Assembly (NCBI GenBank): GCA_964035545.1
Contig: OZ037772.1
Location: 558,001 to 622,000, forward strand
DNA from: Bugula neritina
Taxonomy: Eukaryota; Animalia; Bryozoa
Direction of reading: 5' to 3'
Length of the DNA: 64,000 bases
In this document: positions 13,033-26,226 of the stretch, in pieces
How positions within the stretch are numbered: position 1 is the first letter of the stretch
Layout: every line of letters starts with the position of its first letter
The notes under the pieces: model-generated
What the model was told of the DNA's origin: nothing
Seen by the model: only the letters and a program-made list of their open reading frames with translations
Databases searched by the model: none
Program-made: the position numbers and the translations under genes

Positions 13033-14430
13033 TAAACTGAATGGTGAAAACGTGACTAGGGAAAGAGACAGCACGTCACAAGACCGCTGTATACAGGAGT
13101 CCTTGCCGAAGTGACTCCCCTCTCAACTACCGCATAGCATATAAACCCACAAATTACTCTACACCACCATCTTCTGTCCTACAATCTCAGTCTAACCAAC
13201 CAATGGTAAGTCATAACCAACTTCTGTCAGTCACTCATTCAACATGGTGCATTCTGATTGCATCAATTATACATCTGTTGAGTACTACTGCATGCTGTAG
13301 AACGGTCCCGACCTGGAAGGAGCGGATGGTGGTGAGGAGTTTCTGATTGACGATTCAGATGAAGATATGTCCCTGGACCCTCTGACTCCGTCTGGAGAAT
13401 ACTCAAAGAGCTGTCCAATCATGGCGAGAGGTTTGTCTTTCATCAAATAGTTGCTTTCGCCTATCGCTTGTTAAATAAATAAACGCTGCTGATATAATGA
13501 ACAGTTTTAAAATAGTGCAGACTAACTTATCCCGATGTATTACACTATGGTTCTTGTAAAGTTTACTGACTAACATTAGGTCATCTGTTGAGATGTGTCA
13601 CTAGTTTCTAGGATTTTATTTCTACTCTGTGTAAAAAATGTTGTAAGTTGGTCTCACTAGGGTAAACTGTAGTTGTGATTAACTTCTATGGCTTTTACAG
13701 AGCTACGAGCATGAAGAGTGCAGGTGCAGGAAAGCTAGTTACTCCGCTTTGGTCACTCTTTACATGATAATAAGAGATAATCTCAAGCCATATTTGTCTG
13801 TAATAACTGGCAGCAAGGTAGGCCATCAGTTCTTCACAAAAAACATGTTTGAAACTAAACTATAAAGATCTGCTGAGAATAAGTGCCTGTTACTTGCACT
13901 CTAGTAAACAGTAAATCTTATGGATGTATATTTTATCCAAACTCGTATGTTTTGAATTGCCCCTAGCACATTTATAACCAAAGAGTTTTGGTAACAACAT
14001 TTTTATTTTAGTTATTTTTATATGATAGTTTTTATACTTAGCTCAATAATTGAATTTACTACTTGTCTAAATAATACATCAGAAAAATGCAAAATAAATG
14101 TTATTTTCAATATTAAAAGTAGATTTCACCTCCCACGTCTAACATCACACTTTTATAGAGTTGGCTATTAAATGACCAAGTCTTTGGTATGAATAAACTG
14201 GACAGTATTTGGCTAATGACTATACACTGTACCATCATTATTGATTCTATGGTTGGCATCACATTTCCCTGACTATTCTATCTTTTGTAGCTGAAACTTC
14301 TCAATCTATATATTAAGAGAGCAGAAGAAACGGTGCAGAGCTTCACCACGACACTATCACAAAGAAATAAGTTACTCAGGAATTACTTCCTTATATTCAC
14401 AAGAATTAGATGTTGAGAGCCAGCTATGCC
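13033..14430 (+). pseudogene. Series of exon-like fragments of an unidentified gene
   Basis: AG..GT-bounded blocks richer in GC: ~13033-13205 (SPCRSDSPLNYRIAYKP), 13301-13429 (NGPDLEGADGGEEFLIDDSDED), 13702-13817 and 14291 onward. Stops and phase conflicts are present. Confidence 0.35.
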
Positions 14431-15710
14431 TCAGTTGACAACAAGATGGGAGACGCCCACGGTTCTACCGTCAACGCTAAGGGTGCCATGAAAAACATGA
14501 AGAAACATATCCTCAACATGTAGACATTGCATCACCAGTCAGAGCAAATGTCAAGGTTAAACTCTGTTTCCTGTTGATGGACTTCCTTCTTGAATATCAG
14601 CTGTACCTTTATCTTGTATCTTGTATAGATATTTTAATTATATTCTCCTTGTATGATTAGGAAAATAGTTTGGATACAAATGTCACAATTTACTCTTTAT
14701 TGTTTATGTGCTTTTAAAAATCCTGTTTGGTAATTTTTTATGTTGCTATGATCAATTGTTCAATAATAATAGATAATGATTACTTCTTCTGAAATTCCTT
14801 TGGGATGTTGCATGTTGCCTATTTTAAAGAAGAAAGTAAAGCATTGTTTATAAATAAACAAAGGAAACAGCTCTGGTCTAGGGTAAACACAATGTCAATG
14901 ATTTGAATCTTTGGTAAACAATAAGACATTTTCATAATGACCAGAGAAAGCTCTATTTAGCTGTTATATCACTAAACAATAGTTCTATATACTTCAAGTG
15001 ATCAATTTCATGATCAAAGTTTAGCATAAAGAAAGCTATTGATAAGTAGTCTATGAGAACGCAAGGGAATAGAATTGATATGAAGAACACAATCAAAGTG
15101 GAAAAACAACACGATAACAATAATTAGTAGGGAAATAGCATACAGCCATTTTGATTGGAGAGAAGGCTGGGAAAACTGCATAACTCTGTTTAGAGTTGTC
15201 TCCCTAATGTTGAACTGGGGGGAGGGGGGTGTGGGTGTGGCATGTACATGATGTATGCTACCTAGCAGCAGTAAAACTATAATATAAACAAGAAACAATC
15301 TCTGTTATATGCCCATCATTGACATCTTCGGTGCATCTATCGATCCTATTATCAAGTATCAGCGGTTCAATTAGTTTTTTTAACTCTTTATAAAAATTTT
15401 AGCTCAGCTAACAGACTGGTTTTATAAATTACACTTTGAAATATTTCTTTTGTTTGTTATTCTGTTCTAAGCAAATTGTCCTACAGTGGCAAATTATCAA
15501 GCCTACTTTTAACAGTCAGCTGTTGGAGCAGCAAAGTATTTTGGGATGAATAGTGTATATTAATAACTTTCCTTTTAATGACTGACAGTCTAGTAGCAAT
15601 ACAAACAATACTTTTACAAATCTTTTAGCATTTAGCTGTGTTGTTGGAAAAGATAAAAAGTTTTGTAATTATTTGATTTATCTTGTTGCACACCAAAGCC
15701 CAATAGTCCC

Positions 15711-15834
<124 letters not shown>

Positions 15835-15913
15835 TATCTTTACGAGCTAGCAATTTGATTATAAATAGGTATACGAGAAACATTGTTTTTTATTACTTTA
15901 TTAGGTAAAGTAG

Positions 15914-15960
15914 TTACACTGATATTTCGGGTACCACTGTACCCATCTTCAGAGTAGCAA
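15914..15960 (-). ncRNA. Second copy of the minimal hammerhead ribozyme (inverted pLTR)
   Basis: Reverse complement of 18007-18053. Confidence 0.8.
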
Positions 15961-16149
15961 TGAATGAAATTCAAAAATTATTATGTTACGTTAGACGTTA
16001 TGCATGACACAAAGAATAGAGAGTGGCAGTTATTGTAAATTATTGAAACTTAGGGAGATAATCTTATTTTATATATTACGCAGGTCAAAAATTATACTGA
16101 TTTTTTTGCATAAAAAATAAATTAGAGTTGACAAAAAAATAGACATCCA

Positions 16150-17760
16150 AATAAGAATAAGAAAGATTACATCAATAAATGTTTAGAAATACTAAATACA
16201 CCAAAATTTTCAACATGTTCCACAGATCCAACAAAAACTATTGAAAATCGAATACAATTAGAATTACGTAGTATCAAAAAACATTTTTCTGACACTGACT
16301 ACAAAAGGATATATCCAACAGGTTCAGCACCTGGGAAATTTTACGGGATGGCCAAATTACACAAACTCAAACAAGGAGATGGTATGGAGAAGCTACAAAT
16401 GCGATTAATAATTTCTAACATAGGTACTGCATCATACCAACTTGCGAAATACCTGGCCAAAATGCTAAAACCACTTAGTGAATCTGAAAGTAATATTGAA
16501 TCAACCGATAGTTTTCTTACATATGTACGGCAACTTCATATTCCAGCAAACCATCAACTGATATCATTTGATGTTGTTTCCCTCTTTACTTCTGTACCAC
16601 TTGACTACACAATTTCAGCAATCATAAATGATATTTATGAGAAACAACGAATCCAAACAACTATACCAAAGAAGAAAATGATAAACCTACTCAACCTTTG
16701 TACAAAACAAGTTCACTTTACTTTCAACGGCATCATTTATACACAGACGGATGGTGTTGCTATGGGATCTCCTCTAGGACCAATAATTGCGAATATATTC
16801 ATGACAAAACTAGAACAGAAAGTAATACCAAAATTGAATTCAATGTCACCTTGGGTGAGATACATAGATGACACATTTGCAACCATAGACCCTGATTATA
16901 TTAACACAACACTCAACACACTTAATAATTTTCATCCTAACATAAAATTTACTCACGAACTAGAAACCAATAAATTACTTTCTTTTCTGGATGTTACAGT
17001 TTTGCGACACAATAGCTCAGTGGAAACCACAGTATTCCGCAAGCCAACACATAACGATACATACTTACATTGGAACTCTTTCTCACTAAAAACTTGGAAG
17101 CTAAGCACACTCAAGTCACTAGTATTAAGGGCTAATAAAATCTGTTCTACTCCAGCACTTAAGACCCAAGAACTAAACTATATTCGAAATGTTTTTGAAC
17201 ATAAAAATGGTTACCCTAAATATGTAATAGAGAAAACTATTAACAACATTGGTGACGGACTACTCAGTGAAAAAGACAACAGGAAACACATTTTACTTCA
17301 GCTGCCTTATAAAGGAGTAACAGGAGAAAAACTAATTCGCTCCCTCAATAAATTAATTACAGACTCTTTTTCAAATGAACTCAATGCCCGTATTTTATTT
17401 AAAGGAACCCCCTTAAGTTCACATTTTAATCTCAAAGATAAAACCAATAAAGAACACATTCACAACCTAGTCTACAAAATAACCTGCCCTGAAGCTACCT
17501 GTCAACAAACATATGTAGGTGAAACCGGACGTTGCCTATCACACAGGATACATGAACACTGCAATGACATCAATTCCAAAATTTATCAACACATCTCTAC
17601 CACTAATCATGGAAACATATCAATAGACAATGTAACAGTTTTAAATCATTCATTTTAAGGAATCCACCATCGAAAAGTAGCCGAAGCTCTCTACATTAAA
17701 CAAATAAAACCGCAACTCAATAAACAAAATTACTCCATACCACTAAAACTATATCAATAG
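16150..17760 (+). CDS. Penelope-type reverse transcriptase + GIY-YIG endonuclease (N-truncated; premature TAA at 17656)
   Basis: Motifs FYGMAKLHK, SFDVVSLFTSVP, QTDGVAMGSPLGP, RYIDDTF, LSFLDV, VFRKPTH, and LVYKITC..YVGETGR..RIHEH. After the TAA the frame continues HRKVAEALYIKQIKPQLNKQ to TAG at 17760. The frame is also open upstream of 16348 (KDYINKCLEIL). Confidence 0.92.
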
Positions 17761-18006
17761 CTCCACACTACTCAACTCTCACATAGTTTCACTAATTCTT
17801 GCTGTTTTTATATTTGGATATCAATTTTTTTTTGTCAACTCTAATTTATTTTTTATGCAAAAAAATCAGTATAATTTTTGACCTGCGTAATATATAAAAT
17901 AAGATTATCTCCTTTAAGTTTCAATAATTTACAATAACTGTCACTCTCTATTCTTTGTGTCATGCATAACGTCTAACGTAACATAATAATTTTTGAATTT
18001 CATTCA

Positions 18007-18053
18007 TTGCTACTCTGAAGATGGGTACAGTGGTACCCGAAATATCAGTGTAA
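18007..18053 (+). ncRNA. Minimal type I hammerhead ribozyme in the Penelope pLTR
   Basis: ACU-CUGAAGA-U-GGGUAC(AGUG)GUACCC-GAAA-UA-UC-AGU: conserved CUGANGA/GAAA/UH core, 6-bp stem II, ACU:AGU stem I. Predicted cleavage after C18046. Confidence 0.8.
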
Positions 18054-18102
18054 TTACTTTACCTAATAAAGTAATAAATAACAATGTTTCTCGTATACCT
18101 AT

Positions 18103-18168
<66 letters not shown>

Positions 18169-18934
18169 CTGTAGAATGATTTTTTGGACTTTTCAATCAG
18201 CATATGAAAAACTGTAGTCAAAAAACAAGTGATCAAAAGATTTATTTTATATAAATAAAAAGTGACAAAAAATTTAAACAATTAATGCAAAATAATACTT
18301 GCATAGACTTGCGTGCCATATTAATTACAAGTGTAGGCTAAATAACAAAAGAATGTGATATATACCATAACAGTTTATAAAGTAGAATTTGTGAAATAAT
18401 TTATAGAACAGAATAGTATTATAAGTTCAACAACCTTGCAGCACCTTGAAACACAAAGCGTAAAGGTGCAGTCAGTATACAGAGCCTGTTGATGTAAAGG
18501 TGTTATATCAAAGTTTTGCTATACACGGGCTGACAGTCAAGCAGCAACCTACAAATAATTATATATATGTGACCGAACACTACAATCTATACAATCTATT
18601 CAATTGATTACTGATTGATAATAACAATAAAATTATATATATACAAGCGTTATAATTTCATTGAAAAAAATTGGTAAAACTGCTGTTCAATAAATATGAT
18701 TCAACTTTTGATGAATGATTTTGAAAATATTTTTAGAAAGTTTAGATTATTAATTATTATTAACATACACAGAATTGCTTTTAACCTCTTCAAAAAATCA
18801 CAAGAGAGACAATTGCTAATACACAAGAAGAAAACAGAAATAATGTTGCTGAAACATAAGTTTATACAACTGTGTTTAAAGTATCTCATATTATCATACT
18901 TTGTTATGACATAATTTAGTATGATAATATGAGA

Positions 18935-19185
18935 GGCAATAATGGCACAGGTAATAATATTATGGCACAGGTGATAATGGCACAGGTAATAATATTATGG
19001 CACAGGTGATAATGACGTGGTAAGAAGGGCACACAGTGAAAAGTAGGAAAACATGGCACACTTATGTTCAATTTTTCCAAACACACATTCTCACCCTTAT
19101 ACCCTAATACTGAAAATGTGCCATTCTTACCTATTTTTCCACTTGTGCCATAATAACCTGTATGTGCCATTTTAACCATAGACAC
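18935..19185. mobile_element. MITE-like element with inverted arrays of (A)TGGCACA subrepeats
   Basis: Left half has repeated ATGGCACAGGT and AAAGTAGGAAAACATGGCACA; right half has the inverse TGTGCCATTCTTACCTATTTTT and TGTGCCAT. Confidence 0.5.
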
Positions 19186-19320
19186 CACCTACAATGCATC
19201 AATTGGAAAAGATTTCAAATCAACCTTTATTGTTGAATTATGAACCAACTCAATGAAATCCTCCTGTAATTCTCCTGGAATCTTTTTGACCAAGCGTTGG
19301 AATTTGTCACATGTCAAGCT
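19186..19320 (-). mobile_element. hAT (Buster/Charlie-type) transposase C-terminal fragment
   Basis: Translates IPGELQEDFIELVHNSTIKVDLKSFPIDAL*, matching the lqeelIeL..d..lk..F....l..FW motif that precedes the hATC domain. Confidence 0.45.
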
Positions 19321-21510
19321 AAGAATCTAGCTCTTTCTTTTTAAGAGATAGCTCAGAAAAATATCGTTAAAGCTCTATTGTGCTCTAGTGTGCAATTTTT
19401 ACTTATGACATTTTTATTTATTATCGGAACTTGTTCTCCTATAAAATTTTATTGAGTGTGTGGAAAAACACCACAATTTAGAAAAAGGCACCACCACTTT
19501 AGTGTAACTTTAGAAACACTGACGCTGCTATGAAAAGCAATGATATATGATGATTGCACTCCTGCATGTTTAGGCTCAGATTATTTAGAGTAGCAAATAT
19601 ATTTACAAGGTATATGTAGTATACAGTTTATAGAGATTGACTTGCATGGCTGCTAAAAGTTGGCCTGTTAGTTCAAGCAGCAAATTTTTTGACCTCCATT
19701 TGAAAGTAGCACATGCAAGAAAGCAGTTAAGGTAGAGTAATTAATAAACACATCCATGTCAAAGTAAACTGATATTGCAGAATATATTTTGGCTAAATAA
19801 GGGAGCTAAGATAAAGGTTTACAGAAATATACACATATATATAAATGTAACTTGCAAGAACCCAAAAAGCCTTCATCAAACCTTGTGAATTTTTCAAATT
19901 TCAAATTCTCCCCTAAAATGTCGAATATTTCCCCTAGGAGAAATCTCCTCCCAAGTTGGGAAACTCTGAGCAAGACATGTAAACATGAATATTACCAAGT
20001 GCATGCATTGCTAGTTACTAGACTGTTGGGTTACAACTTACAATATTTGTAAGCTGAAGAGCTATTAATAGAGATGATGATAATGCAGTATAAATTAGTC
20101 AGTCTATTATCATGAGTTAGTCACTGCTAATATTATGCTATGCAATGGCTAACAGTCACATAGCAACTTACAAATAATTCTACTATTTATTATGATTATT
20201 ATGACATCTATGATGAGGAAATAAAATGTGCCTTTACATACACATCATATTTTGTGTAAAAAAGTGTTTAAATACAGTTGAACATTTGGTGTTCGAAATT
20301 TGTTTTTTTTTGTTTCAAATGTTAATAAAATACAAATCAAAAAATTTTTTTCAATAAATAATGGTAAATTATGCTGAAGAACTAATGTGGACTTGTAGAA
20401 TAAGTTCGCAAGAGAAGTAACTCCTGATTAACATGATTAAACAGTCACAATAATATTCCTGAAAGATTCCTAGAGCCTAAAATTCATACACTATTGTGAT
20501 GCAGTAAGTATTCTATAGAGTTGGTATTGATATTGCAGTACAATTAGGTCATGAGCTTTCACCAGGCATTAAGTTTTTACCTCCACTGATGGAGTAATCT
20601 TAGGGCTGCTACAGTTTATCGAATAATTGCAAACTATTTTGTATATACAATGCAGATTTCTTATAGAAAAGTGTCCAATTTTTGTTGAAGAAATTACTAA
20701 GACTTTTTTTTGAAATAAATGCTATATAATATGTTTAAAAATAAGATTTTAAAATTATTGTATCAGCTTTTATTCATAGTAAAAGAATTAAATGTATATA
20801 ACTGTATATAACTGTATATCGCTGTTGATATTTATAAAAGAAGCGAGAGATGCAACTCCCAATAAATATTGAATCCAGAAATAATAATGAATAATAAGGT
20901 CTATAAGCTAAAGATCATACAGCACTGTCAGCTTGTAATAAATAATATAGTATAAGATTACTCAAATGAAAATACTATAAAGCTACATTTACATACAAAA
21001 CATATTTGTGTAAGAAAGTATTTGAATTACAGTTGAAAAAACTACTCAGTGTTAAAACAACATTTTATTGTAATTAAAGCTTTATTGTAACATATATACA
21101 AAAACTTGTTGTTAGTTACTAAAAAATTACGCTGAAAAAATAATAAAGGAAGTTAGCAGGGGAAGTAACTCCTAATAAACATAAATTTACCAAAAAAAGC
21201 AATTTGATTGAAAATTTTAGTTTGACATTCACACAACACACCACAGCAGTAAGTAATACTCATTGCTGTATAATCAGATAATTTACTTCTGTTACAACTA
21301 AAATTTCAATTATGTTACACAATGCTGGTGCTAATTGAGCAATGTTATACAATTTCATGATATCAACGGCACCAGTGAAGTAGTCTTATCCAAATAAAAC
21401 ATGATAGACACTTTTCACATGTGCCTTTAGGACATTAGCGTTCTTCAGTGTTTAGTTACTCAATATATACAATGCAAATATTTTTGTAGAAAGGTGCCAA
21501 ATAGTTTTTG

Positions 21511-21943
21511 AAGCCCTCAACAATATTCTGTGAGCTTAGGGTTGTGGGGGACAAGGTAAACATAATATTGGGACAGTCCAACAGACTCAGTGAAGACTTG
21601 GCCAACCTTCTAGAAAGTTCCAACTGCTCAGACGTCACTCTGGCCATCGGACCGCGAGAGTTCAAAGTTCACAAGTCCATCCTCTCCGTCAGGTCTCTTG
21701 TCGTCAATGCTATGTTTGAGCATGAGATAGAGAACAAACAGAATTTAGAATTTAGACAAGATGGTGGCTGACCTTCTCTCGGCAGCAGATAAGTACGCAC
21801 TAGAGAAGAGTCCCTGTTTGGTAACCTCTCCATGGACAATGTGTGTGAGGTACCATGGTTCTAGCAGACCTCCACTCGGCTGAACAACTCAAAACACACG
21901 CTCTGGACTTTGTCAACAGCCACGTCACAGACGTCGTGGAAAT
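21511..21943 (+). pseudogene. SPOP: Intronless SPOP/roadkill (MATH end, BTB, BACK) fragment with internal deletions
   Basis: TIFCELRVVGDKVNI..GQSN, RLSEDLANLLESSNCSDVTL..EFKVHKSILSVRS..AMFEHE, LDKMVADLLSAADKYALE and [27 protein letters not shown] are collinear with SPOP; frameshifts and deletions present. Confidence 0.85.
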
Positions 21944-22111
21944 GTGCCATGGAAAATGTAAAGAAACGTACCCTCAACATGTAGACATTGCATTGCCAAT
22001 CTGAGTTAATGTCAAAGTTTAGCTCTATTTCCTGATGATATGGACTTCCTTCTTGAATATCAATTGTACTGCTATCACAAACACTAGTTACAGTAGTATA
22101 AAAAAGATCAA

Positions 22112-22184
22112 ATGGCTGGAATTATTGAAAACAAGCTGACGAGAAAAAATACAGCATTTGGAAGTTTAAACTCAAGTAAGTAGT
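22112..22184 (+). mobile_element. Ty1/copia gag N-terminal fragment (5' half of a split gag)
   Basis: Ends YSIWKFKLK*V, which continues in frame into VIAKELWGYFDG at 29790. Confidence 0.55.
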
Positions 22185-22669
22185 ATAATAAGCGCCTCTA
22201 CGGCTATGGAAGTAAGCATCTCGCAGCAACAAACTTGTCAAAAGTAGGAGTTATCTCTGCTCGACGAATATTTACTCATGGTTTAGATTGGCAATGTTAT
22301 TACTGCATAAACAATATAATATGCGGTTCTATGTGTATTGTGTAACAGTTAGCACTCAGGTTACTATTCTGTGAGACAAATTTGGGATTTGCTCTACCAA
22401 AAGAATTGAAACTATAATATATATGTTTTGTATAACATGTTTATCTATTTGATGATAATATTGAAGCAAGCAAAATTACAATAACAAACTATTACAAGAC
22501 ATTAACCAAACCAAAACAAAGATTATCCTAGCCATCCTTTGAAATCTTGCTGTGTAATACTAGCAAACATAAATTGATAAGTCTGACAATCGAGATAGAT
22601 AAGTTATACAAATTAAATACATAAGAGAATTGCAGTTAGAACATCAATATTAAAATATTTCCTTCAATG

Positions 22670-22980
22670 GAAATTTTTGTAGCCTTAAAATAAATTCTCC
22701 AATTCAAATATTTCTCAAATATAAAATTGTGCAGCTTCAGAAATCCAAATATTTTCTCCAATATAATTTGTGTAGACTAGAAACAAATTTCTCAATTCAA
22801 ATATAAATTTGTGCAGCTTTAAGATAAAATTTCTAACTCAAATATTTTCTTTAAATAAACTTATGCTGTTTGTAAATCAATAAATCGAATCAACAATTTT
22901 TTTTCAAATAATTTATGCCGCTTAAAAATTAATAGATCAAATCAAACAAAATTTTCTCAAACAAGTTTTTGCTGCTTTTA
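22670..22980. repeat. Degenerate AT-rich tandem subrepeats (AATTTGTGCAGCTT..AATATTTTCTC), probably inside an unclassified element
   Basis: ~6 diverged copies of 40-60 bp. Confidence 0.5.
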
Positions 22981-23679
22981 AAGAAAACTAATACACTTGT
23001 TAGTCTAAATAACAAAAGAGGTTAAGAATATCCTTAACATAAAATTGTAATATTACTTACTGCAGCCAGTCTATATTATCGATATTTGTATCAATTAGTC
23101 AATTTTCTAGACGTCCCTCCTAATTTAATTATTACTGCTGCTATATCTTCTATGCTCCAATCGTCTTTAGCTGCCTTTATCTTCTTTTATATCTTCATTC
23201 TTCATTTATCATTCATCCTTTTTCTATTTTCAGAAATTCAGCTCCTTTTATACCAAATCTTTTTGGCAATGGTTCAGATTTTAAGGATACCGACAATAAC
23301 TGGCCAATGAAAACCGGCGGCAGACTGACGTAGAACTCAGTTAGGTTTGTTGGCAGCTTTACAGCCAAGATAGGGATTGAAGTAAGAAGGATCTGTTGTT
23401 ATTGGCTCATCATTGTATATTGTGGGCTATATCATCCTATACCTGTTGGTGTAAACAAATATTTACACATAATATAATATGTGTATCTCTATTTATGAAC
23501 AGCATCTGCTATATGTTTCAGCTTCAGCTTATTTATTCATCAATTAGTGTTTTACTTTAATTACAAATTTCAACACGTGAAAATAGCATGTGGTACTATC
23601 CTAACACAATTACTTATCTAAAAGCCACACTACTAAATAATACTATTTGCATTATCTAAAGAAGCTATAAAACCATGTG

Positions 23680-23739
<60 letters not shown>

Positions 23740-23743
<4 letters not shown>

Positions 23744-23828
23744 GAGTGAAGTTAAAAGTTCAAATGTACAAGTTTTGAGTAAGTTAGATATTTTGGTCTT
23801 GCATAGAAATTGCTTAATGCATTAATAA

Positions 23829-23886
<58 letters not shown>

Positions 23887-23975
23887 TTATTAATGCATTA
23901 AGCAATTTCTATGCAAGACCAAAATATTTAACTTACTCAAAACTTGTACATTTGAACTTTTAATTTCACTCAATT
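23740..23975. repeat. Near-perfect palindrome, ~95-bp arms around a (TA)n centre
   Basis: ATTGAGTGAAGTTAAAAGTTC..TAATGCATTAATAAATATATAA is mirrored at ~23879-23975 with 2 mismatches. Confidence 0.93.
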
Positions 23976-25271
23976 ATTGGGCCTCATGCATCATAAAACT
24001 TTTGAATGTGTTTTATATTCTTTCTTGAATGTTGTAGATAAACTGTAGTCTACATACCGTGGTGGAGCAGATATAAGAATTTATAATTGCATCAACCCGT
24101 TGCAGCAGCCATCTTACTGGAAATCTCAAACAAACCTTAGCATCGCCAAAGCCATATTTTAGCAAGCTGACAGAATATCTCAGAGACATAACTTGTAAAG
24201 TACAGAAGTAAGAATTGAACACAAAGGACAGTATATGTATAATCATGCCTTCCATCAAGGCTATCGCTTTTTTAAAGAATATTCTGAGAATAATGATACA
24301 AATATTACCACTTCAGCTTAACAACTTATGACATAACGGTTACATTGGATATCATTTTCTAGATTTCATATTTGTCTGTGTTTTAGTACTGCCAAGGATA
24401 TCACTCAGCACTGAATGGACAAAATTGCTTCTTTTAATTAAGACACTATGCTTGAGAAAGGCCATTATATATGAATTGGATAAAGAAACTAGTAAATTAT
24501 TCAGTGTTATAACTTATAATTAAACTTTGAACGAGCTTTGCTCTGATTGGTTTTTTCTGACTTATCGTAATATATATCTATATCTAGCCAGGGTTTTGTG
24601 CCTACATGGTAATGTACACGTTCTATGATAAGAGTAATTGAATGCAAATATAAATGAACATAATTTTTCTGATTTTAGTCTAGTTATGTTATAAGCATTA
24701 GATAACTTGTTTTTGAGACAGCGGGGTGAGAGCTTTGTAAAAAATTTAGCCTAATTAGAATTTCTGTAATAGATAAACGTTACTAGCTCCTTAACAATTC
24801 AATTGAAGTTGAGTAAAAATATACATCAGATTACCAGTTCAAAGGAAAAGACTTTGAAGGCTAATAACTTACTACGAGCATTTTAAACAAATAACAAGAG
24901 ACTAAATTCAAAACCAATTTATAATTATTCTTAGCATATGACAAGTATGAATGTTACAGCTGCTCTTATACAATGTACTTGTACAGCTCTTACTCATCCT
25001 AGTATGTTTAACTGACATAGAATCCTTGTCTTTCTAGGGACTCCGCACGTTGTTGGAGTGCAGAGGTCATCTCCAACAAAAGACTTTGAATTAAAGTGGA
25101 TAAATAAAAGTAAGCGCTTGTAATGTTTTTCAGCTCTAATTAAAGTTCCCAAAATGTTATTGTTGGTAAGTTTCAGGCTCAAGAATAATCTTGTATTTTC
25201 TTATTAAAAAACAAAAAGAGAAAAAAAAGAAAATAAGGGTCCTCAGTCGCAAAAACCAAAAGATAGCTTTT

Positions 25272-25437
25272 CCAGAGGTGTGGACATATTCAAAAGTTTC
25301 AAATTTGGGGAAGGAGAATCTATAGAGGTTCACAAGGATGTCCTAGAAAAATTTGACAACTTTTGTAAAAAGACCTCCAACAAAATAATCAAGAGACATC
25401 AACTGCTATCAATAGATGGGTATGTCACCAACTTACA
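25272..25437 (+). mobile_element. Ty3/Gypsy gag fragment, copy 1
   Basis: RGVDIFKSFKFGEGES..DVLEKFDNFCKKTSNKIIKRHQLLS; homologous to 25566 and 30120. Confidence 0.75.
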
Positions 25438-25565
25438 TTGTTTATGAGCTTGATAGCGATAAAACTTCACTCAATACCAGAGACATATTTTCAAATATTG
25501 TTTTTTTTTGTGTTTGCAGGTAAAAGACCATTTCCATGTGATGTCTGTGGCAAGGCTTTCAAGCG

Positions 25566-25892
25566 CAGAAAAATCTGATAAAGAGGATAAAACAAAAATG
25601 GCCATTCTAATGCGGACCATTAGACCCAGAGGTGTAGACATATTCAAAAGTTTCAAATTTGGGGAAGGAGAATCTAAAGATGTTTACAAGGATGTCCTAT
25701 ATATAGGAAAATTTGACAACTTTTGGAAAAAGACCTCCAACAAAATAATCAAAACACATCAACTGCTATCGACAAAACAAGAATGCTTATCAATAGATGA
25801 GTATGTCACTAACAGCTTACATGGGATCGCCAGAAAATGTGACCTTGGTGACATGTATGATGTCTTTTTTATGCAGGCCTTTCTTCTTGGCA
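25566..25892 (+). mobile_element. Ty3/Gypsy gag fragment, copy 2
   Basis: EKSDKEDKTKMAILMRTIRPRGVDIFKSF..IARKCDLGDMYD..LLGI; near-identical to 30202-30525. Confidence 0.8.
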
Positions 25893-25904
25893 TCTTCTTG
25901 GCAT

Positions 25905-26226
25905 ATATAATTTAGTATGCTCACATGGAGCTATAGAAGGAAATGTCAGCTAGAAGAGGAAGGAAATGGAGGTCAAGGCCAGCAACGCAATATCAAGGTC
26001 AACTGGAAGAAAGTGGTTTTAGGTCACGACTTGTCATTCTCAATTATGGCGGCTAGTTTGAGCACACTTTTGGACCAAAAGAGGAAGGAGACAAGGAGAC
26101 CACAGAACTCTCTAGGGAGGGAAGTAAACACACTTCAGCTACAAAGCAAGAGTTGAAAAGAGAAATGATTGGAAAAAGTTGAAATTTTACTCCTTTTGAT
26201 CCAAAATGAACAGATATTAATAAAAA
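25905..26226 (+). repeat. ~320-bp dispersed repeat, second copy at ~43704-44027
   Basis: ATATAATTTAGTATGCTCACATGG..GAACAGATATTAATAAAAA occurs twice in the same orientation, roughly 90% identical by eye. Confidence 0.9.

Larger units (their letters stand above)
15858..18109 (+). mobile_element. Penelope-like retroelement, 5'-truncated, with inverted pLTRs, inserted in (TA)n
   Basis: RT + GIY-YIG ORF; 15858-16153 is the reverse complement of 17811-18109; (TA)n tracts at 15711-15829 and 18108-18168. Confidence 0.93.

Noticed and set aside
18916-19188. Minus-strand ORF with G-x-y periodicity as a collagen
   Set aside because: The periodicity comes from GGCACA subrepeats of a MITE-like element.
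24030-24300. Possible CACTA transposase N-terminal remnant (FSKLTEYLRD)
   Set aside because: Too short and stop-ridden to support.
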